Of a stretch of DNA of 63,132 bases, positions 37,456-47,743 are shown piece after piece. The translations under genes and the position numbers were made by a program. A model generated the notes under the pieces. That model had not been told where the DNA came from and did no database searches. It saw only the letters and a list, made by a program, of their open reading frames with translations. The stretch lies in contig JAAWGF010000005.1 of assembly GCA_022795155.1 (NCBI GenBank), positions 1 through 63,132 on the forward strand, given 5' to 3'. The first letter of the stretch is position 1. Each line of letters starts with the position of its first letter. The DNA is from Bacilli bacterium. Lineage in GTDB: Bacteria > Bacillota_I > Bacilli_A > RF39 > UBA660.

Positions 37456-37965
37456 TTATTTATTTAATATGCAAGCATTAACTCTTTGTTTAACTGTATC
37501 TCCATCACAACAGATATTATTAGCGATATTTTTATATTCATCGTTTTTGGTATTCATACAATCGTTGGTTTGGATACAATATATATAACTTTTATTATTT
37601 TTATATACTTTGATAGAAATTTCATTATCTAAAAAGTTTTTGTCTGTTTTGGGATTAACAAAATCTTTATCTAAATATGACACAAATTCTTCAGCATTAT
37701 TGGAATTACTGGATTCATTTCTTAATTGCGATAATGTAATTGTATAATCATTACTACATTTGTTATTTAATGTACTTAAAGTTTCTATATTGTCAGTTCC
37801 CCAATTTTGGGCAGCCAGAATTAATTGATTTAATTGATCATAATATAATTTTTCTTTTTGCTTAGACATTGTATTTGTTATAACAGGAATAGTGATTAAA
37901 GCGATTAGCCCTAATAAGGTTATAACAGCTAATAATTCTACTAAAGTAAATCCTTTTTTTTTCAT
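37456..37965 (-). CDS. Type IV pilin-like protein (prepilin cleavage site)
   Basis: MKKKGFTLVELLAVITLLGLIALITIP. Confidence 0.88.
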   Translation of the reverse strand: MKKKGFTLVELLAVITLLGLIALITIPVITNTMSKQKEKLYYDQLNQLILAAQNWGTDNIETLSTLNNKCSNDYTITLSQLRNESSNSNNAEEFVSYLDKDFVNPKTDKNFLDNEISIKVYKNNKSYIYCIQTNDCMNTKNDEYKNIANNICCDGDTVKQRVNACILNK

Positions 37966-37987
37966 TTAAATCACTCCAAATAATATT

Positions 37988-38299
37988 TTATTTATTTTCT
38001 TCAATCCAATTTGCGATTAATTCTTTTGACATATATCCTAATTTGTTATCGATTAATTTTCCATCCTTAAATAACATTAATGCTGGAATACTCATAATGC
38101 CATATTTTTTAGCTAATCCTTGAGAATCATCAACATTAATTTTAACAATTTTGGTTTCACAACGTTCATTATTTAGTGCTTCTAGTTGTGTTGCTAACAT
38201 GCGACAAGGACCGCACCAATCAGCATAAAAATCAACTAAGACGAAGCCATCATTAATTAGATTGTCAAAATTATCTTCACTTCCATGTATTATTTCCAT
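37988..38299 (-). CDS. trxA: Thioredoxin
   Basis: VDFYADWCGPC. Confidence 0.95.
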   Translation of the reverse strand: MEIIHGSEDNFDNLINDGFVLVDFYADWCGPCRMLATQLEALNNERCETKIVKINVDDSQGLAKKYGIMSIPALMLFKDGKLIDNKLGYMSKELIANWIEENK

Positions 38300-38308
38300 A
38301 TTAATCTC

Positions 38309-39022
38309 CTATCTATACTTATTTAAAACACTTTCAAGATTATCAATTTGTAATTTATCTTTAGAATTTAATGTTTCAATCGAATCAACAGTTATAATAT
38401 TATATTTTAGAAATAAGTCAATTGTTTCTAAATTAAATTGATCATTATCATTTTCTGTTTTATATTTTTGCCCTAATTCATTAAACTCATCGATAATACT
38501 AACGGTTTTATCCACTAACCCAGATAAAATAGGTGTTTTATTTAGAATTGGGTCTCTTAACTTAGAATCTTTTAAAACATCTTCTAATTTGAAAAAAGGT
38601 AAAGTTACAATAAATAAAACAATAAAAGTAATTAAATAATAATGAATTCCGCCGACAATCATTCCTAATAATTTGCTAGGTAAACTTAAAATAACAGTTG
38701 TATTTAGAATTTTTTCAAAAATGGCTGTTGCTAATAATAGTATTCTAAAAATAATCATAATTATTCCTAAGACAAGTAAAAAGGCTATAAATTCATATAA
38801 AATGATATTAAGAGCAGTAACACCTTTGAAAATTCCACCAAATTCAAAAAATGGTAAGTGTCCATACATTAATTTTGATAAAGGATTTTTAAGTAAAAAA
38901 GCAATAACTAAAGCAAGCGCAAATTTAGCAAAGTGAACAACTTCCCTAGTTAATCCACGTTTAAAACCTAGACATAATCCTGAAATAATAATTAAAATAA
39001 TAATAATATCAACTATATTCAT
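38309..39022 (-). CDS. CvpA-family membrane protein
   Basis: D.II......GFKRG, KLLG...G motifs; between rnhC and trxA as in Bacillus. Confidence 0.85.
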   Translation of the reverse strand: MNIVDIIIILIIISGLCLGFKRGLTREVVHFAKFALALVIAFLLKNPLSKLMYGHLPFFEFGGIFKGVTALNIILYEFIAFLLVLGIIMIIFRILLLATAIFEKILNTTVILSLPSKLLGMIVGGIHYYLITFIVLFIVTLPFFKLEDVLKDSKLRDPILNKTPILSGLVDKTVSIIDEFNELGQKYKTENDNDQFNLETIDLFLKYNIITVDSIETLNSKDKLQIDNLESVLNKYR

Positions 39023-39121
39023 TTGTTTTCTCCTCCATTATAATTATATTATAAAAAATTATAAAAAGAAAGTATTTTCTTTTTCATCTAACTCATGTTA
39101 CAATAAATTAGAGGTGGATTT

Positions 39122-40078
39122 ATGACAATAACTGTAAAGGTGAGCGAAAATACTAAACAAGAAATGATAGAATTCTTTGAAGACTTTAAACGTCCGAAAA
39201 CACCAGCATATGCGGTTTTCCAAGCAGATGATGCTGATACAGTTGTAACTCTTTATGAATCTGGAAAAGCTGTTTTTCAAGGAATTAGCGCTGATATTTC
39301 TGCCCAAATGTGGATTGAAAGAGAAAGACATTTAAATCCATTAAAAAAGGTAGAAACTACTAATAGCGAACAAAAAGAAAAGAAAGAAAAAATTGAAAAT
39401 AAGATTGATTCTAAAATTTATTATGCTAATACAATTGGCTCTGATGAGGTTGGAACAGGCGACTATTTTGGTCCTATTGTTGTAACAAGCGCTTACGTAA
39501 GGAAAGAAGATATTTCGTTTTTGGAAGAATTAGGCGTGAAAGACTCTAAAAAATTAACCGATGAAAAAATCCTTTCAATTGTTCCTAAAATTATCGAGAA
39601 AATTAAATATAATAGTATCATTTTTTCTAATAAAGAATACAATCTAAAATACTCTACTGATATTAATATGAACAAGATAAAAGCTATTTTACATAATAAA
39701 GTTTTATTTAATTTAAGTAATGAAGAAAAGAATTATGATTATATGGTTGTTGATCAATTTGCCAAACCTTATGTTTATTTTAATTATTTAAAAAATATTC
39801 CAAATACTGTAAGGAATATAACTTTTATGACTAAAGCTGAAGACAAATGTTTATCAGTTGCTTGTGCTTCACTTATAAGCCGTTATATATTTATTAAAGA
39901 ATTTTCCAAAATAAGTAAAGATTTAGGAATATTACTTCCTAAAGGAGCGTCAAATTGTGTTGATGATGTTGGCGTAAAAATAGTTGAAAAATATGGTTTT
40001 GAAAAATTAGAAGAGATCGCTAAATTAAGTTTTAAGAATACGGAAAAAATAAAAGAAAAACTAAAGATTCAAAATTAA
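39122..40078 (+). CDS. rnhC: Ribonuclease HIII
   Basis: TLYESGKAVFQG, IGSDEVGTGDYFGP, GVKDSKKL, VDQF. Confidence 0.95.
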   Translation: MTITVKVSENTKQEMIEFFEDFKRPKTPAYAVFQADDADTVVTLYESGKAVFQGISADISAQMWIERERHLNPLKKVETTNSEQKEKKEKIENKIDSKIYYANTIGSDEVGTGDYFGPIVVTSAYVRKEDISFLEELGVKDSKKLTDEKILSIVPKIIEKIKYNSIIFSNKEYNLKYSTDINMNKIKAILHNKVLFNLSNEEKNYDYMVVDQFAKPYVYFNYLKNIPNTVRNITFMTKAEDKCLSVACASLISRYIFIKEFSKISKDLGILLPKGASNCVDDVGVKIVEKYGFEKLEEIAKLSFKNTEKIKEKLKIQN

Positions 40079-40689
40079 TCTTTAGCTTTGTTTTTTTTTG
40101 AATAAATACAACCACAATAATCTTGTCTATATAAATTATATATTTTAGAAAGTTCGATTGATCTTTTATAACCATTTTTCTTTTTGAAATCAGAGTATAA
40201 ATATTTTATATTATATTTTGTTTCTAATTTTTCACCAATTTCATTAACCCAATTAGAATTTTTATAAGGGCTTAAAGTTAAAGTAGTAGCAAAATAATCA
40301 AAATCTAATTTTTTAGCAATTAAAGCTGTTTCTTGTAGTCTAAGTTCATAACATTTAAAACAACGTTTACCTTTTTCTGGTTCACGCTCTAAGCCTTTAG
40401 ATAAATTAAAAAATAATTTGGGATTATAATTACCTTCTAAAAACTTTATTTCGTATTTGCAAGGCAATTCTTTAATTAATCTTTTTTGTTCGACTACTCT
40501 TTTTAAATATTCCTCTTTTTCTGTTATATTTGGATTATAGTAAAAAATAGTTATTTTGAAAAAATTTGATAAATATTCTAGACAATAACTGCTACAAGGT
40601 GCACAACAACTATGCAATAAAAGAGTTGGAATTTTTTTATTATCTTTATTTTTCTCGATAATTTCTTCTAGTTTTAATTGATAATTCAT
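40075..40689 (-). CDS. queH: Epoxyqueuosine reductase QueH
   Basis: LLHSCCAPCS, YYNPNI, RC.KCY..RL, YRQ.YCGC. Confidence 0.92.
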   Translation of the reverse strand: MNYQLKLEEIIEKNKDNKKIPTLLLHSCCAPCSSYCLEYLSNFFKITIFYYNPNITEKEEYLKRVVEQKRLIKELPCKYEIKFLEGNYNPKLFFNLSKGLEREPEKGKRCFKCYELRLQETALIAKKLDFDYFATTLTLSPYKNSNWVNEIGEKLETKYNIKYLYSDFKKKNGYKRSIELSKIYNLYRQDYCGCIYSKKNKAKD

Positions 40690-41865
40690 CTATTTAAAAA
40701 ATCCCATATAAATCATAAAACCAAAGTAAATTAGTGACATAATAATCCCATTTATTTTATCTGAAGTTTTTGATTTATATTTAACACCTAACATCATTGA
40801 TATTAAAATACCACCAACTAATCCACCAATATGAGCAAAATTATTTATTCCTTTAGTAAGCATTCCTAATACTAAATTTAAAATTATAATGGGAATTATT
40901 TGTGACTTAATAACGGTTCCAAGATAAACACGATAATGATAACCAAAATATAATAATGCACCCATAAGCCCAAATATTGCGCCACTTGCACCAACACTAA
41001 CAGTATTGTTGGATAAAAATAGTAAGCTTAATAAATTCCCAGCAATTCCACTAACTAAATATATGATTATAAATTTAAATTTTCCAAAGAAGCTTTCTAA
41101 TTGTGGACCTAAAATATAAAGAGCATACATGTTAAATATTAAATGGGCAATACCATTATGCAAAAAGATTGACGTAATAAAACGATATATTTCATAAATT
41201 CCATATGTACCATTAACATGACCAGGAACTAATCCACCAAAGTCAACTAGAGTTTGAGCATTAGTACTACCTTTTCCTAAAATATACATTAGGAAAAAAA
41301 CAAAAATATTAGTAAATATTAATAGGTAAGTCATGATAGGTTTTTTTATTTTAAACAATTCCTCTGCTTGCTTAGTTTCTTCTTCATTTTTTCTATTAAT
41401 ATCCTGTGTTATTTTTAAAAATAGCTCAGTTCCTTTTTCTTTAAATTTAGTAGATATTGATATATCAGGGAATGTATTAGTTAAAAATTTATAATTATTC
41501 AAATCGTCAATTTCATTTATTTTAATACAGTCAATGTTTCCAAAACTGTATTGATCTTCTTTAAGCTCTGCAACATTATCACCTAAGTTTAAAAAAATAC
41601 TTAATGTTTTTAAATTAACGGATAAAGTTTTTTTCTTTATTTTTTTCATAATCTGATTTGTTTTAAATAAATCAAAATCAAACTGTTCATCATTATGAAT
41701 ATAATTGGTTACTATTCTAACAATTCCATAATCAGAGTCTAGATTTTCTAACCAAATTTCATCTTTAGCGCCACGCAAAATAATGGGATTATATCCTTGT
41801 TCAGTTATAAAAAAATGTAGTAATTTCATAACTTTTTCATCTAATTCGTTAACCATTGTTTCCAT
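40690..41865 (-). CDS. Rhomboid intramembrane serine protease (GluP/YqgP-like)
   Basis: FLH....HL.FN, GASGAIFG, AHIGG. Confidence 0.92.
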   Translation of the reverse strand: METMVNELDEKVMKLLHFFITEQGYNPIILRGAKDEIWLENLDSDYGIVRIVTNYIHNDEQFDFDLFKTNQIMKKIKKKTLSVNLKTLSIFLNLGDNVAELKEDQYSFGNIDCIKINEIDDLNNYKFLTNTFPDISISTKFKEKGTELFLKITQDINRKNEEETKQAEELFKIKKPIMTYLLIFTNIFVFFLMYILGKGSTNAQTLVDFGGLVPGHVNGTYGIYEIYRFITSIFLHNGIAHLIFNMYALYILGPQLESFFGKFKFIIIYLVSGIAGNLLSLLFLSNNTVSVGASGAIFGLMGALLYFGYHYRVYLGTVIKSQIIPIIILNLVLGMLTKGINNFAHIGGLVGGILISMMLGVKYKSKTSDKINGIIMSLIYFGFMIYMGFFK

Positions 41866-41873
41866 ATTGCCTC

Positions 41874-42785
41874 CTAATTATCTATAAATTTATTTAAAAT
41901 GTTTTGAAAACATTCTGGTAAATCGCTTTCAAATTCCATATATTTTAAAGTTCTAGGATGGACAAATCCTAAAATTTTCGCATGTAGGCATTGCCCACTT
42001 TCATCTAATAATTTTCTTTTGCCATAAACAGGGTCATTAACAACAGGATGATTTATATAATTCATATGAACACGTATTTGGTGTGTTCTTCCTGTTTCTA
42101 GTTGTAATTCAATTAAACTTGCATTATGATATCTTTTTAGAACTTTAAAATGTGTAATGGCTTTTTTACTATTTTGATCAGTAACAGCCATTTTTTTTCG
42201 GTCTTTTTTGTCTCTTCCAATTGGTGCATCAATTGTTCCTGTATCAGTTTCAATAATTCCCCATACTAACGCTATATATTTTCTAACTGTCTTTTTTTCT
42301 TCAAGCTGTTTAGCTAAAAATTCATGGGCAAAATTGTTTTTGGCAACCATAAGTAAGCCCGTAGTAAAAGCATCAATTCGGTGGACAATGCCAGGTCTAA
42401 ATTCACCGTTAATATCGCTAAGCTTTTTTGAATGGAACATTAAACCATTTACTAGCGTATGTGAACTGTTGCCAACAGCAGGGTGAACAACAATGCCATT
42501 TGCTTTGTTAATAACTATGACATCATCATCTTCATAAACGATATCTAAATCCATATTTTCTGGAGAAATATTTGGTAATTCTTCTACATAATTATTGATT
42601 GTAATAATATCATTTGCTTTCAATAAATAACTATTTTTGACATTTTCATTATTCACCATTATATAATTTTCTTTTAACATTTTCTGAATTTTACTTCTAG
42701 AAAAGTTTAATTTCTCAATTAAATAAATATCAATTCTTGTGTTATTGTTTTCGTTAACTATTATCTCTTGCATGTGATTTTTCAC
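41874..42785 (-). CDS. rluD: RluA/RluD-family pseudouridine synthase
   Basis: S4 domain, RPGIVHRID, LETGRTHQIRVH; follows lspA. Confidence 0.9.
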   Translation of the reverse strand: MKNHMQEIIVNENNNTRIDIYLIEKLNFSRSKIQKMLKENYIMVNNENVKNSYLLKANDIITINNYVEELPNISPENMDLDIVYEDDDVIVINKANGIVVHPAVGNSSHTLVNGLMFHSKKLSDINGEFRPGIVHRIDAFTTGLLMVAKNNFAHEFLAKQLEEKKTVRKYIALVWGIIETDTGTIDAPIGRDKKDRKKMAVTDQNSKKAITHFKVLKRYHNASLIELQLETGRTHQIRVHMNYINHPVVNDPVYGKRKLLDESGQCLHAKILGFVHPRTLKYMEFESDLPECFQNILNKFIDN

Positions 42786-43239
42786 CCTTGAAACTATAAA
42801 TTAATAATATTATAACAGACACAACAATACACATATCAGCAAAATTAAAAACAGGAAAGTTGTAACCAAAAATTTTAAAATCCAAGTAGTCAATAACGCG
42901 CCCTACTTTGATACGATCAAGTAAGTTTCCAATTATTCCACCTATTAAGACACTATAAATAATAAGTTCAAATGTTTTAATATTTTTGTTTTTTAAAAAA
43001 TACCAATATACTAATATTAATGCTATAACAGAAATAGAAATTAATAAAATTCGGTTGCCACTAAAAATGCTCCATGCTGCACCATTATTTTCTACATATG
43101 TTAAAGAAAAGAAATCTGGGATAACTAAAATACTACTACCAATTCCCATTGTTCCCATAATTATTAATTTAATAATTTGATCAATTAAAACACAAGCTAA
43201 TGTTATAATCAAACTTTTCTGAAACATAAATATCACCAT
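42754..43239 (-). CDS. lspA: Lipoprotein signal peptidase II
   Basis: DQ..K, N.GAAWS, GNLLDR, V.DY, PVFNFAD. Confidence 0.95.
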   Translation of the reverse strand: MVIFMFQKSLIITLACVLIDQIIKLIIMGTMGIGSSILVIPDFFSLTYVENNGAAWSIFSGNRILLISISVIALILVYWYFLKNKNIKTFELIIYSVLIGGIIGNLLDRIKVGRVIDYLDFKIFGYNFPVFNFADMCIVVSVIILLIYSFKGEKSHARDNS

Positions 43240-43333
43240 TATTTATTATACACTTAAATGAAAAATATCGCAACTAAAGTTTAGTCGCGATATGTTAAGA
43301 GTAAATTATAATGTATACAACTGTAAAAATACC

Positions 43334-43843
43334 TTAAATAGCTGATTTCAATTTAACAAGATTTTTCTCTTTTGCTTCTTCTAGATTTGAATAGTAAGAT
43401 ATAGGGTGAAATGGCTTTGGCGTAGTATGTATTGTTGAAAACCGTTTTATATAATTATCAATGACAGTTTCTTTGACCTCAAATATAAATTTTTCTTTAA
43501 AGTACTCATATGATTTACAGTTTATTAGCAAATCATAAGCTTCATTGGAAAGATTTATCTTATCAAATATCCCATTTTTCTCAGCATTGTGTATTGCTTC
43601 AAAAATGAAACAAGGACCGTTGTTATTAAATCTAAGAAAAATTATTCTATTTATATATTTATTAATCTCATCAATATTAATAGCGTTATCGGTAACATTT
43701 CCAATAACAAAATTTCGATCAATGTTATTTATAGTACATTGATAGATTAATAAATTGTAAGCTTCTTGACTACTATCGACATCGACATAATTTTTTGCAA
43801 TAATCATTCCATTACATTTTAAATTATAATATTTATCACACAT
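43334..43843 (-). CDS. Orphan hypothetical protein
   Basis: AGGAGG RBS; stand-alone between terminator-like hairpins. Confidence 0.65.
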   Translation of the reverse strand: MCDKYYNLKCNGMIIAKNYVDVDSSQEAYNLLIYQCTINNIDRNFVIGNVTDNAINIDEINKYINRIIFLRFNNNGPCFIFEAIHNAEKNGIFDKINLSNEAYDLLINCKSYEYFKEKFIFEVKETVIDNYIKRFSTIHTTPKPFHPISYYSNLEEAKEKNLVKLKSAI

Positions 43844-43992
43844 GTATAATTCCTCCTACAAAAAAAGAAGAAAAACGAATATGAAATAAATCATTTTCAG
43901 TTTTTCTTCACCTACTTCCTAAATAAATAATACAACATTAATTTATATTTGTAAATAGTTGTTTGCAAAAAAAGATTTTGAATAATCAAAAT

Positions 43993-44283
43993 CTAAACTC
44001 TTTCAGCATAGATACTAACTTGTTTTCTATCTTTGCCAACTCTTTCAAATTTAACATAACCATCTATTTTAGCATAAACTGTATCATCTGAACCAATTCC
44101 AACATTTTTACCTGGATAAATTTTAGTTCCACGTTGGCGATATAAAATAGAACCACCAGATACATATTCGCCATCAGCGGCTTTTGCCCCTAATCTTTTA
44201 GCAATTGAATCACGACCGTTTTTGGTAGAACCTTGTCCTTTTTTATGGGCAAATAGTTGAATATTTAATTGCATTAAATTCAT
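43993..44283 (-). CDS. rpmA: 50S ribosomal protein L27 with Prp-cleaved N-terminal extension
   Basis: [18 protein letters not shown] pattern. Confidence 0.97.
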   Translation of the reverse strand: MNLMQLNIQLFAHKKGQGSTKNGRDSIAKRLGAKAADGEYVSGGSILYRQRGTKIYPGKNVGIGSDDTVYAKIDGYVKFERVGKDRKQVSIYAERV

Positions 44284-44296
44284 GATACACCTCCTC

Positions 44297-44614
44297 TTAT
44301 TTAAAATTTATATATTTTTTGTATTTTTTTTCTAGTTCTTTAAATAAATTCAACATATTAGAAATTAGAGCATCAATATATTTATCATGTTTAAGTACTT
44401 TAATTTCTAAGTAACCATCGCTTTCATTATAAATAAGCGCCTCACTATCAAGTGTTAAAATAGCATTAATCGTTGTAATTGCAATACTACTAGCACTGGC
44501 ACACACAATATCGTGCCCTATAACATCATAATTAGAATGTCCACTTATAATAATATCATTAATTTGGTTATTATGATAATTTACTTTAATTTTAATCATT
44601 TTATTTACACTCAA
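44297..44614 (-). CDS. prp: Ribosomal-processing cysteine protease Prp (YsxB)
   Basis: SGHS.Y...G.DIVCAS.S; between rplU and rpmA. Confidence 0.92.
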   Translation of the reverse strand: MSVNKMIKIKVNYHNNQINDIIISGHSNYDVIGHDIVCASASSIAITTINAILTLDSEALIYNESDGYLEIKVLKHDKYIDALISNMLNLFKELEKKYKKYINFK

Positions 44615-44900
44615 TTTGTTTAATTAAAAGTTGAGTATATGGTTGACGGTGTCCTTGTGTTCTATGATAATTCTTTTTTTGGTTATACTTAAATACTTTT
44701 ATTTTTTTGTTTTTACCATGTTTTGTAACTTCAGCTGTTACTATCGCATCTAAGTATGGTGTACCAACTTTGTCATCAACCATTAAAACCTTATCAAATT
44801 TTACAGTTTTACCAACTTCAGTATCTAATTTTTCAACATAAAGTATAGTATCTTTTTCAACTGTATATTGTTTTCCACCAGTTTCAATTACGGCTTTCAT
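44601..44900 (-). CDS. rplU: 50S ribosomal protein L21
   Basis: [18 protein letters not shown]. Confidence 0.97.
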   Translation of the reverse strand: MKAVIETGGKQYTVEKDTILYVEKLDTEVGKTVKFDKVLMVDDKVGTPYLDAIVTAEVTKHGKNKKIKVFKYNQKKNYHRTQGHRQPYTQLLIKQIECK

Positions 44901-44923
44901 TTTTTAACCTCCTTTAAATAATC

Positions 44924-44998
44924 TAAGACTCGCCATTGAGGTACAAATAAATTTGTTTTAAACCTTTTCTGTGCGGTTGTAGAGAGAGGCTCTACACA
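44924..44998 (-). ncRNA. L21 leader-like cis-regulatory RNA
   Basis: Minus strand GUAGAGCC..CUACA hairpin, ACCGCAC...ACCU...GGCGAGUCU upstream of rplU. Confidence 0.7.
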
Positions 44999-45008
44999 AT
45001 ATAAAATT

Positions 45009-45761
45009 CTAACATAATTTATTCTTAATGTCAAATTTTTTCTTTAGAAAACTTTTTTCAGTTTGATAATTATTATTGTAATAAAAAATATGTTTACATT
45101 CACGCATCATTTTTTTAAAATTATTACTTTTTATAATTTTCGTCTTTTTTAAATTTATAGTATATAGATATCTTTCTAATAAGAACTTATTGAAAAGTAA
45201 ATTATGATTAATAAATTCTTCAATATTTTTAATTATTAGAAATATAAGTGCCAATAGCATAATAAAATTGGTATGATATAAACTTATTATAAAAACAAAT
45301 ATGGCAGTTATAGAAGAAATGGTTATAGTTAATAAATGACTGATCTTAAATGAACAGAATTTATTAATAAAAATATTTAATAATTTATAACCATCTAGTG
45401 GAAAGATAGGCAAAATATTAAAAAGCAATAAAGAATAATGATAATTATGTAATAAAAGATTAAATCCAAAAATGCTATTAAATAAAATATAAAATAATAT
45501 TTGAAATAAAGGACCTAATAATAGAATTATAAATTCTTCATCTAAACTTTTACTTAAAAATTCGTCGAAAATTGTAATACCACCAAATGGCAAAATAATA
45601 ATTTTTTTTACTCGCCATTTTACTATTTTAGCACCGATAAAATGCCCAAATTCGTGAATAATAATTAACATACTAAAATATAAGAAGTTTTTAAATAATC
45701 CACAAAAACTACAAATAAATGCCATTACCCAATATAGAAAATGAAATTTAAATATAATCAT
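45009..45761 (-). CDS. spoIVFB: Site-2 protease SpoIVFB (M50)
   Basis: HEFGH, LPFGG, GP, FNILPIFPLDG; sits between spoIVFA and rplU. Confidence 0.85.
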   Translation of the reverse strand: MIIFKFHFLYWVMAFICSFCGLFKNFLYFSMLIIIHEFGHFIGAKIVKWRVKKIIILPFGGITIFDEFLSKSLDEEFIILLLGPLFQILFYILFNSIFGFNLLLHNYHYSLLLFNILPIFPLDGYKLLNIFINKFCSFKISHLLTITISSITAIFVFIISLYHTNFIMLLALIFLIIKNIEEFINHNLLFNKFLLERYLYTINLKKTKIIKSNNFKKMMRECKHIFYYNNNYQTEKSFLKKKFDIKNKLC

Positions 45762-46374
45762 TATAATCTAATGTCTTCCCATCTTTTTTATATACTAAAT
45801 ATAATTCATCATTTATGGTTGAACCTAATAAGGTGCCTTTGTCAATATAATCATATAAATTAACATTTATATTTTCAATATTGGAGTACCATACATTAAT
45901 ACCATTGACTTGCTCTATAATAATAGTATTTGGATAATTGTCTTTATCACCAATAAAAACGACCATGCCACTTTCTAAAGATGGGACTAAATAATTATTA
46001 GCTACCATTAATTTAACACCATCCTGATATTGTTCACTACTATAATAGGTTAATTTTTCATTAAAAACAGGTTTTATTTTATTTTCAAAATAATCGCTAA
46101 ATGGTATGGGACTACCAAAGGTGTTTTTGTAAAAATGATTAATAGAAGCAAAAGAAATATTTTTTTCATATATTTCATTATAAAATTTATCTTTTAAATT
46201 TGGAAATTTTTTTAAAATAATTAATGTCGATATAGTAAGTAAAATTGTAATTAAAAATTTCAAACCTATTTTATATAAAATATTATTACTAACATTAGTT
46301 TTATCTTTTTTTTCATAATTTCTCGAACGTTTTTCTTTCATTTGCATTTTTATTTTTTCAATATCTTTTTCCAT
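45748..46374 (-). CDS. spoIVFA: SpoIVFA-like protein (TM plus M23-like domain)
   Basis: Single TM, V.S...G.VVFIG, Y..I.KG..LG; synteny. Confidence 0.75.
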   Translation of the reverse strand: MEKDIEKIKMQMKEKRSRNYEKKDKTNVSNNILYKIGLKFLITILLTISTLIILKKFPNLKDKFYNEIYEKNISFASINHFYKNTFGSPIPFSDYFENKIKPVFNEKLTYYSSEQYQDGVKLMVANNYLVPSLESGMVVFIGDKDNYPNTIIIEQVNGINVWYSNIENINVNLYDYIDKGTLLGSTINDELYLVYKKDGKTLDYNDYI

Positions 46375-46457
46375 ATTTGTTCACCTAATAATATATATGA
46401 TAAAATGTTATAATTAGACTATAACATATCTTAAATAGTAAATATTGATATATAAAT

Positions 46458-46925
46458 TTAAGATTTATTTTTTAAAAATATTGTTTTTAACATTATGATA
46501 TAAATTAGGTTTAAAAGAATAGAACTATAAATGCTGTGTAATAATTTAAGTGCATCAAAAGATAAATAGCCAATTAATAATAAAATAGTATAACTAATTA
46601 GTCGATAAGAAATTATAATAATAATATATTTAATGATATTAAATTTTGTTTTGACAATTTTGTTGATATTTTTTATTATAATAAAACCTAATAAAAAGGT
46701 TATGATACTATATCCTACTCTATCTGTAAAAACTAAATCATAACATAAACCAGTAATAATAGCTAACATATATAAACTTTCTTTAGATTCTAATATATTT
46801 TCAATGATAATTAAGGATGAAAATACTAAAAATGTGTTAAAGAAATTAGTATTTATAGAAATAAAGTTTGATAAATTGCTTTCTAAAACAAAAGATAAGG
46901 TAATAATTATTATGCTCTTAATCAT
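46458..46925 (-). CDS. mreD: Rod-shape determining protein MreD-like
   Basis: Multi-TM, GL.YD.VFT...G motif; after mreC. Confidence 0.75.
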   Translation of the reverse strand: MIKSIIIITLSFVLESNLSNFISINTNFFNTFLVFSSLIIIENILESKESLYMLAIITGLCYDLVFTDRVGYSIITFLLGFIIIKNINKIVKTKFNIIKYIIIIISYRLISYTILLLIGYLSFDALKLLHSIYSSILLNLIYIIMLKTIFLKNKS

Positions 46926-47739
46926 TGCCGTTATCTACATTTCTATTTAAGATTGTCACATAGTAAATATCATCAAAATCAATATCGCTTTTAACTTTTA
47001 AAGTTTTGGCTAAATCAAAATTATCAAACGCAACTTCATCAACATAACCAATTAGAATCCCGCTTGGAAATAAATCAGTTAGCCCACTTGTTGTTACTTT
47101 GGCTCCCTCGCTTATCTCAATGTTATTGCTTATACCATTAATTACAAATTCTCCATCCTTATAATTTGATAATAAGCCATAAACAAAACGATCATCATAT
47201 TCAATTTTAACGGAAATTTTATCTTCCATATGCTCATCCGTTAATAATTTTACCTTGCTAGTATTAGCACTTGTTTTAATAATTTTGCCAATTAGACCTT
47301 TTGAGTTTATAACAGCCATGCCTTCGTTTATTCCATCTTTATGGCCTTTATTTATGGTTATTTCATTAAACCAATACGCAATATTACGATTAATAACTGT
47401 AGCATTAATGTATTCTCTTTCACTTAATGTTTCATTTAGCTTAAGTATTTTTTTTAACTCTTCGTTTTCTTTTAATATCTCACTATTAAGTCCAATATTT
47501 TCTTGTTCTTCTAAATTATTTTGATAATCTTCTTTTGTTTCTGAAAAAAAATTATTTTTAATAGCTAGAAAAGGAGCCGAAACAAGATTACTTAATGTTA
47601 CAACTCCGTCCTTTATTACTTTTTCAAATTTTGTTAACTTTCGATCATCATCAACAATAATAACCAAAGAAAGTAATATTGTTAATAAAACAATGGCTAA
47701 TATAATAATCTTTTTTCGTTCCTTTTTTTTCTTTCGCAT
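46918..47739 (-). CDS. mreC: Cell-shape protein MreC
   Basis: ENEELK..L, A.VI.R, ITINKG..DGI, GLIGK, TSGL...FP.GI.IG. Confidence 0.92.
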   Translation of the reverse strand: MRKKKKERKKIIILAIVLLTILLSLVIIVDDDRKLTKFEKVIKDGVVTLSNLVSAPFLAIKNNFFSETKEDYQNNLEEQENIGLNSEILKENEELKKILKLNETLSEREYINATVINRNIAYWFNEITINKGHKDGINEGMAVINSKGLIGKIIKTSANTSKVKLLTDEHMEDKISVKIEYDDRFVYGLLSNYKDGEFVINGISNNIEISEGAKVTTSGLTDLFPSGILIGYVDEVAFDNFDLAKTLKVKSDIDFDDIYYVTILNRNVDNGND

Positions 47740-47743
47740 TTTA

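Noticed and set aside
23764..43843. Basic C-terminal tails on orphan proteins (SKIKQR, SYTKR, VKLKSAI) as a secretion signal
   Set aside because: Lys-rich ends are common in this AT-rich genome, including housekeeping genes; cannot be separated from background here.
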